The notes under the pieces are model-generated. The model saw only the letters and a list, made by a program, of their open reading frames with translations. It made no database searches and was not told the origin of the DNA. From positions 7,716,145-7,780,144 of the forward strand of contig NC_057755.1 in the NCBI RefSeq assembly GCF_004010195.1: 64,000 nt of DNA, given 5' to 3'. A program made the position numbers and the translations under genes. Shown here piece by piece: positions 39,218-53,439 of this stretch (position 1 is its first letter; every line of letters begins with the position of its first letter). Source of the stretch: Chiloscyllium plagiosum. Lineage: Eukaryota.

Positions 39218-39579
39218 GATGTTAAGTTCATATTATCACTATGTCCCTGTGAACAGCTGTACACAACCCATTCCATCTCAGTTTGTGTGACTCTGTGACT
39301 GCAGCTGGACTTGTTTCAACTGGGCACTGTTGTTTTAAAGGCAACTTGGTGTGTGTCTCTGTATTTCTCTCTCATCTGCCCCCAATTACAGTGGAATAAA
39401 ACAAACCTAGCTGTCCTGTGTCATTAAGTAGTTTGAAATCAATTGTCAATATTTAACCTTGCTCAGTAGTTTAAAGGATTTACAACAAACAGTTTCAAAC
39501 ATAAATTTCTCACTGGCATATATTTCATGGGATGATAAAACATTGAAAACACACAAAAAATATTGCTGCACATTCATTT

Positions 39580-40680
39580 AGTCAGAGAGATATACAGAAC
39601 GGAAACAGACCCTTCCATCCAACTGGTCCATCATGATTAGATATCCTAACCTAATCTAGTCCCATTTGCCAGCACTTGGCTCATATCCCTCAAAACCCTT
39701 CCTATTCATATACCCATTCAGATGCCCTTTCCTCTGACAGGTCATTCCATACATGCACCACCCTCTGCGTGAAAAAGTTGCCCCTTAGATCCCCTTTAGA
39801 TTTTTCCCCTCTCATGCTAAAACTATGCACTCCAGTTCAGGACTCCCACACCCCAGGGAAAAGATGTATATTTATCCTGTCCATGCCTCTCATGACTTTG
39901 CAAAACCTGTAAAAGCTCACCACTCAGCCTTCAACCCTCCAGGAAAACAACTGCAGCCTATTCAACCTCTCTCTATAGACCAACTCCTCCAAATCCTGGC
40001 AACATCCTTGTAAATCTTTTTGGAACCCTTTCAAGTTTCACAACATCCTTCTGATAGGAAAGAGACCAGAACTTTACACAATATTCCAAAAGTGGCCTAA
40101 CCAACATCCTGTGCAGCCGCAACATGACCTCCCAAATCCTATACTCAATTTTGATGAAGGCTTTTTGCCTAAAACGTCGATTTTCCTGCTCCTCGGATGC
40201 TGCCTAATCTGCTGTGCTTTTCCAGTACCACACACTCCACTCCTATTCTCAATGCTTTGATCTATAGAGGAAAGCAAATCAAGTGCCTTCTTCGCTATCC
40301 TATCTACCTACAACTCCATTTTCAAAGAACTATGTTCAGCAACATTTCCCAGGATCTTTCCAGTAAGTGAATACATCTTGCTCTGATTTGCCATTCCAAA
40401 ATGCAGCACCTCACATTCATGTAAATTAAACTCCATCTGTCACTCCTTAGTCCATTGGCCCATATGATCAGGATCCCATTGTACTCTGAGGTAACCATTA
40501 CACTATACTCTACACCTCCAAATCTGATGTCATCTGCAAACTTACTAACCATATCTCTTATGTTCACATCCAAGTCATTTATGTAAATCACAAAAATCAG
40601 TGGACCCAGCACCAATCCTTGTGGTACAGCACTGGTCACAAGCCTCCAGTCTAAGAGGCAACCCTCCACCACGACCCTCT
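39580..40680 (-). mobile_element. CR1 LINE with nested hammerhead-family insertion (~40150-40240)
   Basis: SAVPQGLVLGPLIF..KFADD; duplication tcctatactcaat / tcctattctcaat. Confidence 0.88.
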
Positions 40681-41479
40681 CTCACATTCATTGTTCACTT
40701 TGTGTCCTCTCTGGACCACATTTCCATCCGGTCAGGAAACAGTCCACATAATTTCTTGTGGGTTATTGATCTGTCTAAATGGAATAGGGATCATGCACAG
40801 TCCACCGTATGAGTGAGAAAAAGAATGTCTGTACAAGTGAGAGAACATGTAGGAAGAGAGGAATGAGAAAGTCGAAATCTATCAGGTAGAAAATGAACGA
40901 AAGAATGTGGAAGAGACAGAAAACGTGGATATAGAAAAAAGAATGTGGGAAAGACGAGCAGGGAAGTGTGTGGGAGAGGGAGAAGGTGAGAGTAGCAGAC
41001 AATCTATGGGAACAGGGAAAGGTTGAGAGAGAGAGAGAGTCCGTGTGAGAATAGGGTGGTGTATTAGACACAGAGAGAACTTGGGATGGGAAGAGGATGC
41101 ATGTGTGTGTGTGTGTGAGAAAGAAAGGATGCAAGGTTAATAATGTAATAGTAAAGAAGGAGGCAAGAGAAAGACAATTACATAACTAAAGATATAGGAT
41201 AAAGGAGGGAAAGGTAGCTGTGTGAAAGGGATAATTTGACAGGGAAGGATGGAGATAAGTGTAACAGATCGATGGAACATGAGGAAGTAAGACAAAGATA
41301 AAGGTGAACTAGTTAGACCAAACTAAAGGGAAGAAATACATGGGAGGCAATGCAGAAGAGAAATTGAGGGGTTAAATTTAATGAATGGAGACAAAGTTGA
41401 GCAATGTTAAAATATGAGTGAAAGAGAACATACAAATTACAACTTTATAACAATATGTCGCTCCAATATGACATTTATT

Positions 41480-42017
41480 ACAATGACATCAGCATAATTT
41501 CAAAACCACACAGCCGCTGTCATCTTGTGTCTTTCTTCTTCCAGCTGAAAGTCTCCCTGGGTCGTCGTCTTTCTTTTTACTGTGAGTATGTTTCATATGA
41601 AAAGGTACCTTTGATAGACAGAGTTTCCTAATTTCTTGGAAAGCAAGATGTTAGCTCTTCAGGCATTTTTGTCTCGACAGCTGTTGCTCTCTGACCGATT
41701 TTCAAAATGTCTGTATTTTATACTCTCGTCAACATTGGGTAGTCTCATTGGTTCGATGTTGGCAAACAATAAATTCAAACTTAATTGGGTTTCAGTGACC
41801 TGGGGCATAATTTAAACTGATTGGTTAATCCAAATTGTTGTCAGAACAGCAACCAAAACTCAGGTATCCATTTCACAGCCAGAAGTTACATACTTTAAAT
41901 TTTCCAGTACATTCTGGGACTGCCACCTAGTCATATGCAAAGGTGCTTGTAATCTCTCAGTTCAGAACAGCATTCACTCTTTGAAAAGGTACAGTACAGA
42001 TCTCCAACTTCATAACA
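41480..42017 (-). mobile_element. LTR related to the LTRs of the 56245-63430 element (solo or truncated)
   Basis: Shares aaattcaaactt..ataatttaaactgattgg and aaaggtacagtac..ttcataaca end with 56245-56928. Confidence 0.7.
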
Positions 42018-43153
42018 CTTACCTAATGTTATAACACCTCCGTTATTATATATTCCTGAGATAATATTAACATGAAATATTAAAATGTCTGCTTTCTTTA
42101 ATTGGTTATGAAATGATTCACTATGAATTAACCATTAAGCTCCTCTTTTCAAAGCAAGTTTTCTCTTCTTCAGTTTTTGAACCATTATCCATCAGTTCAT
42201 TCGGTCAGTCGCCTCTCACATCCCAAGTGAATTACCTCTCTCTGAGCTTGGAACCATCATCAAGAAGTTCATTCACTTTTTTGTCCACGTTGGTCTTCCC
42301 CAAAGAGGTGCAAAGCCCAGTCAAATGGCATTTAATAAAATAATCAATGCTTGGGGTCTTCCCTGACAGGATTCATCAGTCCCTAACCCTGTCAGCTTCT
42401 CTCAACCATCTCCTATTGGACCCAGAACCCCGTTTGGACTTGTTTGGTTTTGGGTCATTGACAAATTCCTGCTGGAATTCCTCTCTTAAACAATGGCTCT
42501 GGTCTGGAAATGTGTAACACCATTGTTCTTGTTCCTAGTCTGTGTGCAGGGACACTGTAGTAAGGGATGTTTGTGTAGGTGCTTGTTGTAGACACTTGGG
42601 CATCCCCACTTAAATGTATTGGTGTGGGAACCTCTCGGAGTCCTGGTGTTGCTGCCTTTGTGCGTTTGTCTTATTCAGCTACCTTGCTACAACTGGTACT
42701 GTGATGACTATCTTTGCAATATTCCCTTCGATCAGCTCAATGTGGATTAACTTACTTGACTTTGTTTTCAGCTTCTGCCACCTCCCTTTATTCATTGGCC
42801 TTCTTTGGTACTTATGACCTTCAATTTCTCCAATTCCATTTCAGGTGATCACCTCCTTGTATAAGTCATGTATAAGCTCACCAACTCCCACATCTATCTT
42901 GTTCCCTGCCAAATCCCTTTTCCTTTACCCTGGTCACACTACTGTCCATTCCAGTGCTTCAGAAATATTCGCAGGCACTTCCTTATATCCATCTCTTGCT
43001 CGCATCTGTTCAGTAGATCACATTTTCACATTACATACGACACGTATATGGCCATCGGGGTTGTGATATGACCTCTGGCACTGGTAGTGAGTTCTCAGCA
43101 TGCCACCTGTTAGTCATTAATTCCCAGTCATTTTTTACTTCCTGCTCTTTCAG

Positions 43154-44045
43154 TTAATTTGGTGGCAATTGCGATTGCATCCCGCAGGAAGTGTGCGCTC
43201 TCCAGCTGCACCAATTGCTACCTGGTGGCCATGGCAATGGCAGATCTATTGTTCCTTACTACTGATGTAACTGTGTGCAAGACTGTTTATTATTGTTCTC
43301 CACGTTGTTTCCTGTACCTCACCCGTGTGTGTAGAGTCACCAATGTGTTGCACCGTGCGCCTACAGACTCTTCTGTCTGATTCACCGTTATTTTCACCTT
43401 TGACCGATTTGCGGTCATTTGCTGCCACAAACTAAAAACAAAATACTGCATTAAGAAAATGGGGTGTGTAATTCTAGAAGCTCATCTCTGTTTGAAAATT
43501 CCATTTCTACTTTCCACTTGAACTGTAAAGGTAACTGATAACACTGGTGGTTATGTTTTGTAATAGAAAGGTATTACACAAAGGCTGGATGGGCAGGATT
43601 TAACTGGTTTGATACAGTTTTAACCTTCCTGCTGCCATTCACTTTGATTCTGTTGCTCAATGCTCTGACAGTCAGACACATTTTAGTGTGTCGTCAAATC
43701 TGTAAAGGATTGAAGGGTCAGAACAAGAAAGAAAATCACAGTGACCCAGAAATGGAGAGCAGATGAAGTTTGTGATACTGTTACCATATTTGCCAGTTTC
43801 ATACTTCTGTGGTTGGTATAAGTTTTGCATTTCTTGTATAACTGCATTATGGGCAGAAATGGTAGAGATAATGACAATTCTGAATATATATTTAGTGAAG
43901 TTGGAGACAGTCCTCAATGTTTAAGCTGCCAACAAATACATTTATTTATGGGGCAACTCAGTCCAAGTTCAGAAACCAGCTCAAGACCATGGTGAAATGT
44001 CTACTTGCATCCATTATTGAATTACTTAATGAACAAAATAGATGA
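43154..44045 (+). pseudogene. GPR139/GPR142-like class A GPCR pseudogene (main coding exon)
   Basis: Acceptor ctctttcag; VNLVAIAI..YLVAMAMADLL, S-V-stop-FTVIFTFDRFAVICC (TGA 43378-43380 in place of W), LLPFTLILLLNALTVRHIL, DPEMESR, TNTFIYGATQSKFR; several frameshifts. Confidence 0.88.
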
Positions 44046-44429
44046 CAGCAGCAGATTGCTCTGGAAGTTCCTCTCCTTACATCATAGCAAAGAGGAACAC
44101 ACATTCCTCATGTAAAAATATCAACTTTACTGGCTTACCAGAGAGACCAAACCATGTTATTTTCTGGGTTTTAATTGTACATTATTCATGCATCTCTCTC
44201 CATGCAGTTCAGGCTCTTCTCTCCTGCAACTCCTTGAAAATGTTCCTTCCTCTGAAATCTGTGCAATCATAACCACCAGCACACACATGCCACCCTTTTA
44301 AATAAGATTATGCCCCTTCCTCATAAGATGAAAACTGTCAAGTTTTAAGATGATATACTTCTTACAGCAAGAAAAATATTCAACATCGTATTTCAACAAG
44401 GCCAGAATGAACAATTCTTCCCATAGAGG

Positions 44430-44656
44430 TAGTCAAGAGTGTGGTGCTGGAAAAACACAGCAGGTCAGGCAGCATCCAAGGGGCAGCAGAATCGATGTTT
44501 TGGGTAAAAGTCCTTTTTAGGGATTAATTCCTGATGAAGGTCTTATGCCCGAAATGTCGATTCTCCTGCTCCTCGGATGCTGCCTGACCTGCTGTGCTTT
44601 TCCAGCACCACACTCTCGACTCTGATCTCCAGGATCTGCAGTCCTCACTTTCTCCC
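44430..44656. mobile_element. Palindromic hammerhead family A element
   Basis: ~100-bp inverted arms; cctgatgaaggtcttatgcccgaaatgtcga at ~44530-44560. Confidence 0.8.
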
Positions 44657-44659
44657 CGT

Positions 44660-45622
44660 TAACATGTAGGTAGACAGGATAGTGAAGATGGCCTTTGGTA
44701 CACTTGCCTTTATTGGTCAGTGCATTGAGTATAGGAGTTGAGATGTCATGTTGCGGCTTTGATTAGATTAGATTACAGTGTGGAAACAGGCCCTTCGGCC
44801 CAACAAGTCCACATCGACCCGCCGAAGCAAAATCCACCCATACCCATACGTTTACCCCTTACCTAACACTACAGGCAATTTAGTATGGCCAATTCACCTG
44901 ACCCTGCACATCTTTGGATGGTGGGAGGAAACCGGAGCACCCGGAGGAAACCCACGCAGACACGGGGAGAACGTGCAAACTTCACACAGTCAGTCGCCTG
45001 AGGCGGGAACTGAACCCGGGTCTCTGGCGCTGTGAGGCAGCATTGCTAACCACTGTGCCACCGTGCCGCTGTATAGAACATTGGTTAGATCACTTTTTGA
45101 ATACTTTATACAGTTCTGGTCTCCCTGCTATAGGAAAGATGTTGTGAAATGTGAAAGGATTCAGAAAAGATTTACAAGGACGTTGCCAGGATTGGAATGT
45201 TTGAGCTGCATGAAGAGGCTGAATAGATGAGGTCTTCTTGCTGTGGAGCCTTGGAGGCTGAGGGATGATCATATAGGTTTATAAAATCATGAGGGACGTG
45301 GATAGGGTGAATAGTCAAGGTCTTTTTCTCAGGGTAGCAAAGTCCAAAACTAGACAGCATAGGTTTGATGAGAGGGGAAACATTTAAAAGGGATCTGAGG
45401 GGCAACCTTTTCACACAGAGGATGGATTGAGTTGCCCAAGGTAGTGGTGGGAGACTGCTACAATTATAACATTTAAAAAGCATCTGGATGCATTTATGAC
45501 AAGGAAGGGTTTAGAGGGATACAGGCCAAATGCTGGCAAATGGGACTTCATCGGTTTAGGATATCTGGTTGATATGGATGAGTTGGGCCAAAGGATATAT
45601 TTCCATTCTGTATGACTCTATT
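44660..45622 (+). mobile_element. CR1 3' fragment with young HE1 SINE (44760-45069, minus) inserted
   Basis: CR1 sequence resumes on both sides; SINE is near-identical to 59028-59328. Confidence 0.88.
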
Positions 45623-46269
45623 GTACAATCACTCTGCCCCTGTTATAACCTGTACCACATCCTGTTGACGATTTACCCGTGCACTCATTGCTCTACATTG
45701 CTTTACTATTTGTACAATTAGCTGTAAGGTCTGTAACATCTCCATTAGATCTCCCTGAGTTCCTTGCTCGATCTACAAGCTGTAACTTGAAACTGTTCTC
45801 TTCAACTCAACGTTTCCTGCTCTATCCTAATATCTCATGTGCCTTTATCCGCAATATGCCTGCATGAAGATTGCTGGAAAAACTGAGCAGGTCTGGCCAC
45901 ATTTGCGGACCAAAGTCAGAATTAACATTTCACGTTGAGTGAACCTTTCCTCAGAACTGGGTGATACATTGACCTGATTTGATCTTACTTTCATAAGATA
46001 CTGTTAAATATGTCTGTGTGTTCCAGCTTAGACTATGAAATATCATTCAGGTGTCTTTAATACCATACTTGGCCTTAACTGCAATGTGCGCAACATAAAC
46101 ATTGAGAGAAATGAGGTGGGAAGACCCAATTAAAACAATCATTGTCCTGACCAAAGTACATCCTCAGCATGGCTTCATTATAACATTTTTCCCTTCTGGA
46201 GAGCCAAACAGAAAACCACATTCAGACATGTTTTTTCAAGGACTGTCCCTAGATTATGTCTCATTTAGA

Positions 46270-47135
46270 ATAATAGAATCACAGAATTATACAACACAGG
46301 TGCCCTTCAGCCCACCTTTGCCAACCTATCTATACTGATCCCACACTTTTTGTAGCACTTGGGCCATAGCCTTGACATTCCAAGTGCTCATCCAGAACTT
46401 TTTAAAGGTTGAGGTTTCCCACCTCCACTACCCTTACAGATTCCTGCCACCCTCTGCGTGAAAAGAGGTTTCCTGAAATTTCTTCTAAACCTCATGTTCT
46501 TCACCTTAAAATTAATTCCCTTCTTATTGACTCTTCAACTAAAGGGAACAGCCGCACCTTATCCATACCTCTCAAAATCGTATACACTTCTACCATGTAC
46601 TCCTCCAGCCTTCTCTGAAGAATGATAACTTTACGCCCGGAGTGTAGATATAATGAAAGATTATTCACATTCGGCCTGTTTTCTCTAGAATTTGGGAGAT
46701 TATGGGATGATCTGATCAAAGACTTGACATGGAAAGACAGGGCAGATAAGCCACTTCCACTGGTTGCAGATACTAAAATGAGTCTGAGAATTAGGGCCAG
46801 ACCATTCATGAGAAATGTGAGTAAGTACTTTGACACATAAACAATAATAAATATTTGGAACTCTCTTCCACAAACAGCAATTGATGCCAGATCAGTTGTT
46901 AATTTTAATTGTGAGATAAATACATTTTTGTGAAGCAAAGGTATTAAGGGATATGGGCGAAAGACAGTTCGTCCACAAGTCAGCCATGATCTCCTTGAAT
47001 GGCAGAATATTCTCCTACTCCTGTTGCTTTGATCTTCTGCTCTAAAGAAAACAAGCCAACCCTGTCCAGTCTGTCTTACAGCCAAAATACTGCATCCCAG
47101 GTAACATCTTGGTGAATCTCCTCTGCACACCCTCT
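46270..47135. mobile_element. CR1 fragment (minus) with a different CR1 3' fragment (plus, ~46625-47030) nested inside
   Basis: YNERLFTFGLFSLEFGRLWDDLI on plus; VEVYTILRGMDKV on minus. Confidence 0.75.
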
Positions 47136-47837
47136 CGTGTATGATCTAATGACATCTGTTTCAATCAATACATGTGGTGACTGACTCCTGCTGTACATTC
47201 ATGGACAAAACTGAGACATTGCAAGGCCCTAAATCCCATGTCAGTGACTCACTACTGAACCAATCCAATCAAATGAATGAATAAGTCAATTGTATCTCCT
47301 GGTAATTGCTGAACAACTCCTACCATCACTGCTCCGGACAACAATTCATGCTCTAAGTGCACTTCATACAACATGACAAATGTGCAATCTTCATTAGGCT
47401 TCCTGTTTATCACTTTGGCTTTTAATGTACTATTTCTGTGAAAAAAAGCAGTGTTTACCTTCAGTCTCCCAGTTGCAATTAACATTACAAGTGGATCAGC
47501 AGTTTCCTGGAGTCTTCCTTTCTGGACTTACATTTGTGAACTGCAGTGAGTTCCATGGGCAACCCCCACAACGTCATGTACAAAGATGCTCACTTAGTTA
47601 CAACAGAAACACAAGCTATTGAATTTCACTTCGGCCTCAGCACCTGCCTTTCTGGCCCATGGAATGCATCCTGAGGCATTGCCAGTTGTCCCTTCTTTAC
47701 CCTGGCTACTTGCCTTTTTTTCACTCTCCCACTTTCAATCCTTTGTGGGTTTGCAGACTGACAGAAAGAAAGGATTAATTTCATGGATCAGCTCAATCAT
47801 CAGCTAGTAACAGTCGTAACACACTGGCCTTGAACAT

Positions 47838-48625
47838 GTTCAATGCAGCTAAATGTGAGGTGATTCACTTTGGGAAGAATAACTGGAAGGGAGAATATTG
47901 GGTCAATGGAAAGATTCTTGGTAGTATAGATGTGCGAAGTGACCTTGGAGTTCATGTACATAGATCACTGAAAGTTGCCACCCAGGTTGACAGTGCTGTT
48001 AAGAAGACGTACGGTGTGTTAGGTTTTATTGGCCAAGGGATTGAGTTCCGGAGCCGTAATGTCATGCTGCAACTATACAAAACACTAGTGCGGCCGCACT
48101 TGGAATATTGTATACAGTTCTGGTCGCCCCATTACAGGAAGGATGTGGAAGCATTGGAAAAGGTGTAGAGGAGATTTACCAGGACGTTGCCTGGTCTGGA
48201 GGGAAGCTCTTAAGAGGAAAGGCTGAGAGACTTGGGTCTGTTCTTATTGGAAAGAAGAAGGCTAAGAGGGGATTTAATAGAGACATACAAGATGATCAGA
48301 GGAGTACATAGAGTGGACAGTGAGAGTCCTTTTCCTAGGATAATGATGTCAGCTTGTACAAGCGGGCATAAGTACAAACTGAGGGGTGATAGATTTAAGA
48401 CAGACATCAGAGGCAGATTCTTTACTCAGAGTGTGGTAAGGGCATGGAATGCCGTACCTGCCAATGCAGTTAACTCAACCACATTAGGGACATTTAAACA
48501 ATCCTTGGATAAGCACATGGATGATGATGGGATAGTGTTAGGGGATGAGCTTCGATGAGTTCGAGTGTCGGCGCAACATTGAGGGCCAAAAAGCCTTTTC
48601 TGCGCTGTGTAGTTCTATATTCTAT
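47838..48625 (+). mobile_element. CR1 3' fragment
   Basis: FNAAKCEVIHFG..LVRPHLEYCIQFWSP. Confidence 0.92.
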
Positions 48626-50439
48626 GTTGCAAATAATAGTAAGTCTGTAAGTCCTTCTCAGAGAATATCTTTTCTTTGATCTTGACGTGTGGTGGTTATT
48701 CCAAATGTTCCTATCTAAGAATCAAAATGACTTTGCTTTAACTGTTCAAATTCAATGTCGGCTTATATGGCCGTTCCCTTAAGCTGCAGAACGTTAGTAT
48801 AATTTATAAACCAATTCACACACACTCAGAATAGACTTTGTTACTGCATATTAATAACCCTGTGAAGGATCCTCTAGTAGTGAGGCACAAACCTCATGTG
48901 TTCTACCTATCAACCTGCTCCACATGGGCAGTTGAAACTTTATTGCTGGAACAGCACAGCAGGTCAGGCAGATGCTGCCTGACCTGCTGTGCTGTTTCAG
49001 CAATAAAGTTTCAACTTTGATCTCCAGCATCTGCAGACCTCACTTTCTCCACACGGGCAGTGACCAGTTCACCTTCAGCCATTTCATTTTCTTCACTATG
49101 TTGTCAAATGACAAAAAATATCTCAACATCCTTTGCCACAAACTTTGGTTTGGCCTGTTGAAATGTAAACAGCTCCTTTCTGGACGTTAGGCTATGCCTT
49201 GGGTTTTACCTCACAGTGTTCTTCTGCAGCTGATGTCTATATTTTATACTGCAGCCCTTGAGGTTGGCAGTCCCTATCTCTTTCCTATATTCCATTTTAA
49301 AAAAAACTCTCTTATTTTCTATCACTTCTCTTTGAAGTTAAAGAATTTCTCAAATCCTTATTCTATCTCCATCCTTTCCAATTCCAATACTTCCTTTATC
49401 TTTTTCCCATTTCTCTGCTCTTTGGAAGGCTATTTATAACTGTTTCATTTCTTCATCATGTTTAAACTACTTTCAGTAACTTCTTCACAGACAATTCCAA
49501 TGACTCGCTTATTCGAGTGTGTGATCCCTCATATTGCACACATTCCAAATGCTTTCACAAAATTTCAATCATCTCTTGTCATTGCACCTGCAAATCAGTC
49601 CAAGTTACCTCCTCCTCCTGCTGTATGGATTTAGCTGCTTCCAATGTCATCTTATGTTTAATACAAGAAACCTGGTCTGTATATTTTTGTTCCTCAACAA
49701 TTACTCACCCCACATTGTCCACATTCAGAAATACATCACACAGCCTCCAAATTTTTGTCACAAGTCTAATAGATAAGAGTGCACAGATAACCAAGCGTAA
49801 TGTATTTGTACATATAAGCTGTTGGGACTATGTCCTCAGTCCCATATTCCTGATCACATTTGACTCTCTTGTAGATAAAAATCTAACCATTTCCAATTGA
49901 AAAATATTCAGTCTCCACTATTCATGAGCTATTACAAATGTATAAATATGTTATATACATTATAAACATTTACATATTCATCCTGTATGAACAACTAATT
50001 GAATGACAAAATGGTTAAATTACCGATCGAGGGCAAAATAAACAGGTGATTTCATAAATAAAAACTGAAACAAAATAAACAAACTTTAACAAGTGACAAG
50101 ATGGATGAACAATAACTAAAATGAAAACTGAAGTAATATCCTCTTTAATCTAATCTAATCTCAAATATACACACAAATAATATAGACAAGTGCAACAAAT
50201 TGGCCAAACATCATCTATCTTTGCTTCACATTATGTGCATTTGGATACAGGACCTTTAGTTTTAATTTTGTAATTTCTAGCTTTTTCTGTTGATTGATTT
50301 ATTCTTAAATTTGAACTATCTGACTCTTTCCATCATAGTCTATTTCTCATATAAAGACTGTTCTCTCTTGCCTTTTCCTGACACTTTGACTTATCACATC
50401 CACTAATACTTAATCACTCCTCTCACTATTTATATTCAC

Positions 50440-51800
50440 ACAGGACAGAAAAGGCCCTTCAGCCCATTGAGTCTGCACCAACATAACTACCACAACAGGT
50501 GTGCTAATTCCAATTTCCTGCACTTATCCCTTGAATGTTATGATATTTAATGTACTCATGCAATTATTTTTTTAAAGGTTGAAAAGGTTTTGGCCTCCAC
50601 TACCTTCCCAAGCAATACATTTTAGATTCCCACCACCTGCTGAGACAAAAAGGTTTTCTCTCAAATCCCCTCTGAATCTGCTGCCCCTTGCCCTAAAACT
50701 ATGTCTTGTCATGATTGACACCTCAACCAAGGGGAACAGCTGCTGTTCATACCCCTCATAGTCTTATATACACCTCATTCATGTCCCCTGTCAATCTTCT
50801 CTGCTCTAGAGAAAACAATCCAACCCCTACTCTCTCCTTATAGCTCATTTTCTCCATTCCAGGCAACATTCTGGTGAACCTCCTCTGTATTCTTTCTGCA
50901 TCCTGTCTGTAGTGAGGTGACCAGAACTGCACACAGTACTGCAGTTGTGGCCAGAACAATGCTCTGTACAGCTCCAACATTACCTCCTTTCTCTTGTATG
51001 CTATGCCACGACTGATGAAAGTACGTGTCCAGTGTGACACCTTAACTATCCTATTCACTTATTCACTTAATGGTAAGGTCCTGGGGAGTGTTGTTGAACA
51101 ATGTGACTCTGGAGTGCAGGTTCATAGCCCCCTGAAAGTAGAGTCACAGGTGGATAGGACAGTGAAGAAGGCATTTGGTATGCTTTCCTTTATTGGTCAG
51201 AGTATTGAGTACAGGAGTTGGAAGGTCATGTTGCAGCTACAAAGGACATTGGTTAGGCCATTTTTGGGATATTGTGTGCAGTTCTGGTCTGCTTCCTATC
51301 GGAAGGATGTTGTGAAATTTGAAAGCGTCCAGAAAGGATTTGCAGGGCTGTTGCCTGGGTTGGAGGATTTGAGTTCTAGGGAGAGGTTGAATAGGCTGGG
51401 GCTGTTTTCCCTTTAGCATGGCTGAGGGTGACCTCACAGAGGTTTATAAAATCATGAGGGGCATAGATAGGATGAACAAAGTCTTTTCCCTGGGGTGGGG
51501 AGTCCAGAACTAGAGGGCATAGGTTTAGTGTGAGAGGGGTAAGATGTAAAAGAAACCTAAGAGGCAACTTTTTTCATTCAGAGGGTGGCATGTGTATGGA
51601 ATGAGCTGTCAGAGGAAGTGGTAGAGGCTGGTACAATTGCAACATTGAAGAGGCATCTGGATGGGTATATGAATAGGAAGGGTTTGGAGGGATATGGGCC
51701 GGGTGCTGGCAGGTGGGACTAGATTGGGTTGGGATATCTGCTTGGCATGGACGAGTTGGACCAAAAGGTCTGTTCTGTGCTGTACGTCTCTATGACTCTA
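50440..51800. mobile_element. Divergently oriented CR1 fragments (minus ~50440-51030; plus ~51057-51800)
   Basis: CR1 ORF2 C-terminal motifs on both strands. Confidence 0.9.
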
Positions 51801-53439
51801 TCATTAATGGAAAATGGAGGCAAAATGGAACTAATTCTATGGATCAAGAGTCCAGACGACAAAAGTCAATGAAGGAACTTCCTCAAATTAGTGGCAAAAT
51901 CCACAAGAAACATCACATTGTTGCTGACTGCAATGAGACACTACATCATCAACTGAGTAGCTGGTCAGTTGGACCTAGGGCATTGCCCGAGATAGAAATT
52001 CTTTCTTTCTGAATCTTTTGAGTGCTTGATCATTACTCTTGAGAGGGAGAGACTAACATCGCTGTTTGCAAAGTTTTCAGAGATCTGTGTGTCACTGCCA
52101 TTTCACAAATTGTGACAAACTGTAACTTAAACCCCCCAAAGGTTGTTAAAACATTTAGTGTCTGCTGGCTTCAATAGAGGATTATAATCCAGTGTTTCCA
52201 AAGGTTACATGCCTTTGTTTAACTAATATGTGAATACCTTCCAGTTGCACTTTCAACCTTCGAGTTGTGAAAAAAAACACACCTCATGCTTTTTTACAAC
52301 ATAGCAATGTCCAAACATTCAATTTTCCCAGTTTATGTAACATAGGAGAGGTCTTTGCATCAGCAACCTCTGATTTTCTCTTATTCTTTATTTCTCAAAG
52401 ACTATGAACAGATTTCAACAAAACCTGGTGTGCGGATAGTGTATGGCCCAGGGAAGAAATTATTAAAAGTTTTGGCAAAGAGGGATGTGATAGATGCGGA
52501 GGAATTGGGGCAGGTTGGAGCAGTCTCCCAATGAGGAAGCTCAGCTTGTCCATGACAGAGCTCTGTTGTATCAGGACTGACACCCAGTTCCAATCAGTGA
52601 GTTGTGTGCAGCACACCATCATGGCTTGTATAATTGACATAGCTGAAGATGCCAGTGGCTGACTTGCATTGTGGGTCAAAATGCTGACTCAATTCGTCAT
52701 GTTTGCATCCCTTTATGTTGGTTGGAAAGAGAAGGACCTGATTGGATGTTTGTCACTGCTCACAGCCTCTGATGATCACCCAGTGCACAATGAGAGGCTG
52801 TGGGTCTACACTGGGCACTGGCGACAGAGTAACGGTGACTTAGAGCAGGCGGTTAGATGGGATGGGGTTGAGAACAGGTAAACTGTCTAGGCTGGTGTAT
52901 AAACAGTGACTAGGGTGAGAGAATGGGGTTGTACCTGTAGGGGAGTGTCAGCTACATTGACTGTGTAACAAGAGCAGTGTGGCTTTGTGGCCATTGCTGC
53001 TGAGGCTCAAAGCCAGATTACCAACTCTTCCCTGGGTGTACAGCAGCCTTTCAAAGGTGGTGTGGCTGCAAGGGACACTAGTCTTTGGGCAGTTAGTGGT
53101 GAGTTGTTCCAAAGGCACATGGTGTGAAGGGGTTGAAATCGCCCAAGTGAAAGACAGTGTGACAGGGGGTAGATCGTTTATATTTGGCTAAGGTATGGTA
53201 AGAAATCTCACTAGGCCTCACTGAGAGAAAAACTCCCAGAAAGCAATTCAACATGGACTTAGCTCAAAGCAAACCCTGAGGCTGGAATTGAATGCGGGTC
53301 CCTGGAGCTGTGAGGCAGCGGTGCTAACAACTGAGCTACTGTGCCACCCATGATGACTTGTTGGGCCAAATGGCTTATTTCCCCACTGTAGAGATTTTGT
53401 TCTATGGAATATGCGGCTTCAGCATAGAATAAGAAAGGC

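Noticed and set aside
52400..53190. Host exon(s)
   Set aside because: A minus-strand LGDFN motif suggests a decayed LINE endonuclease; no coherent splice structure
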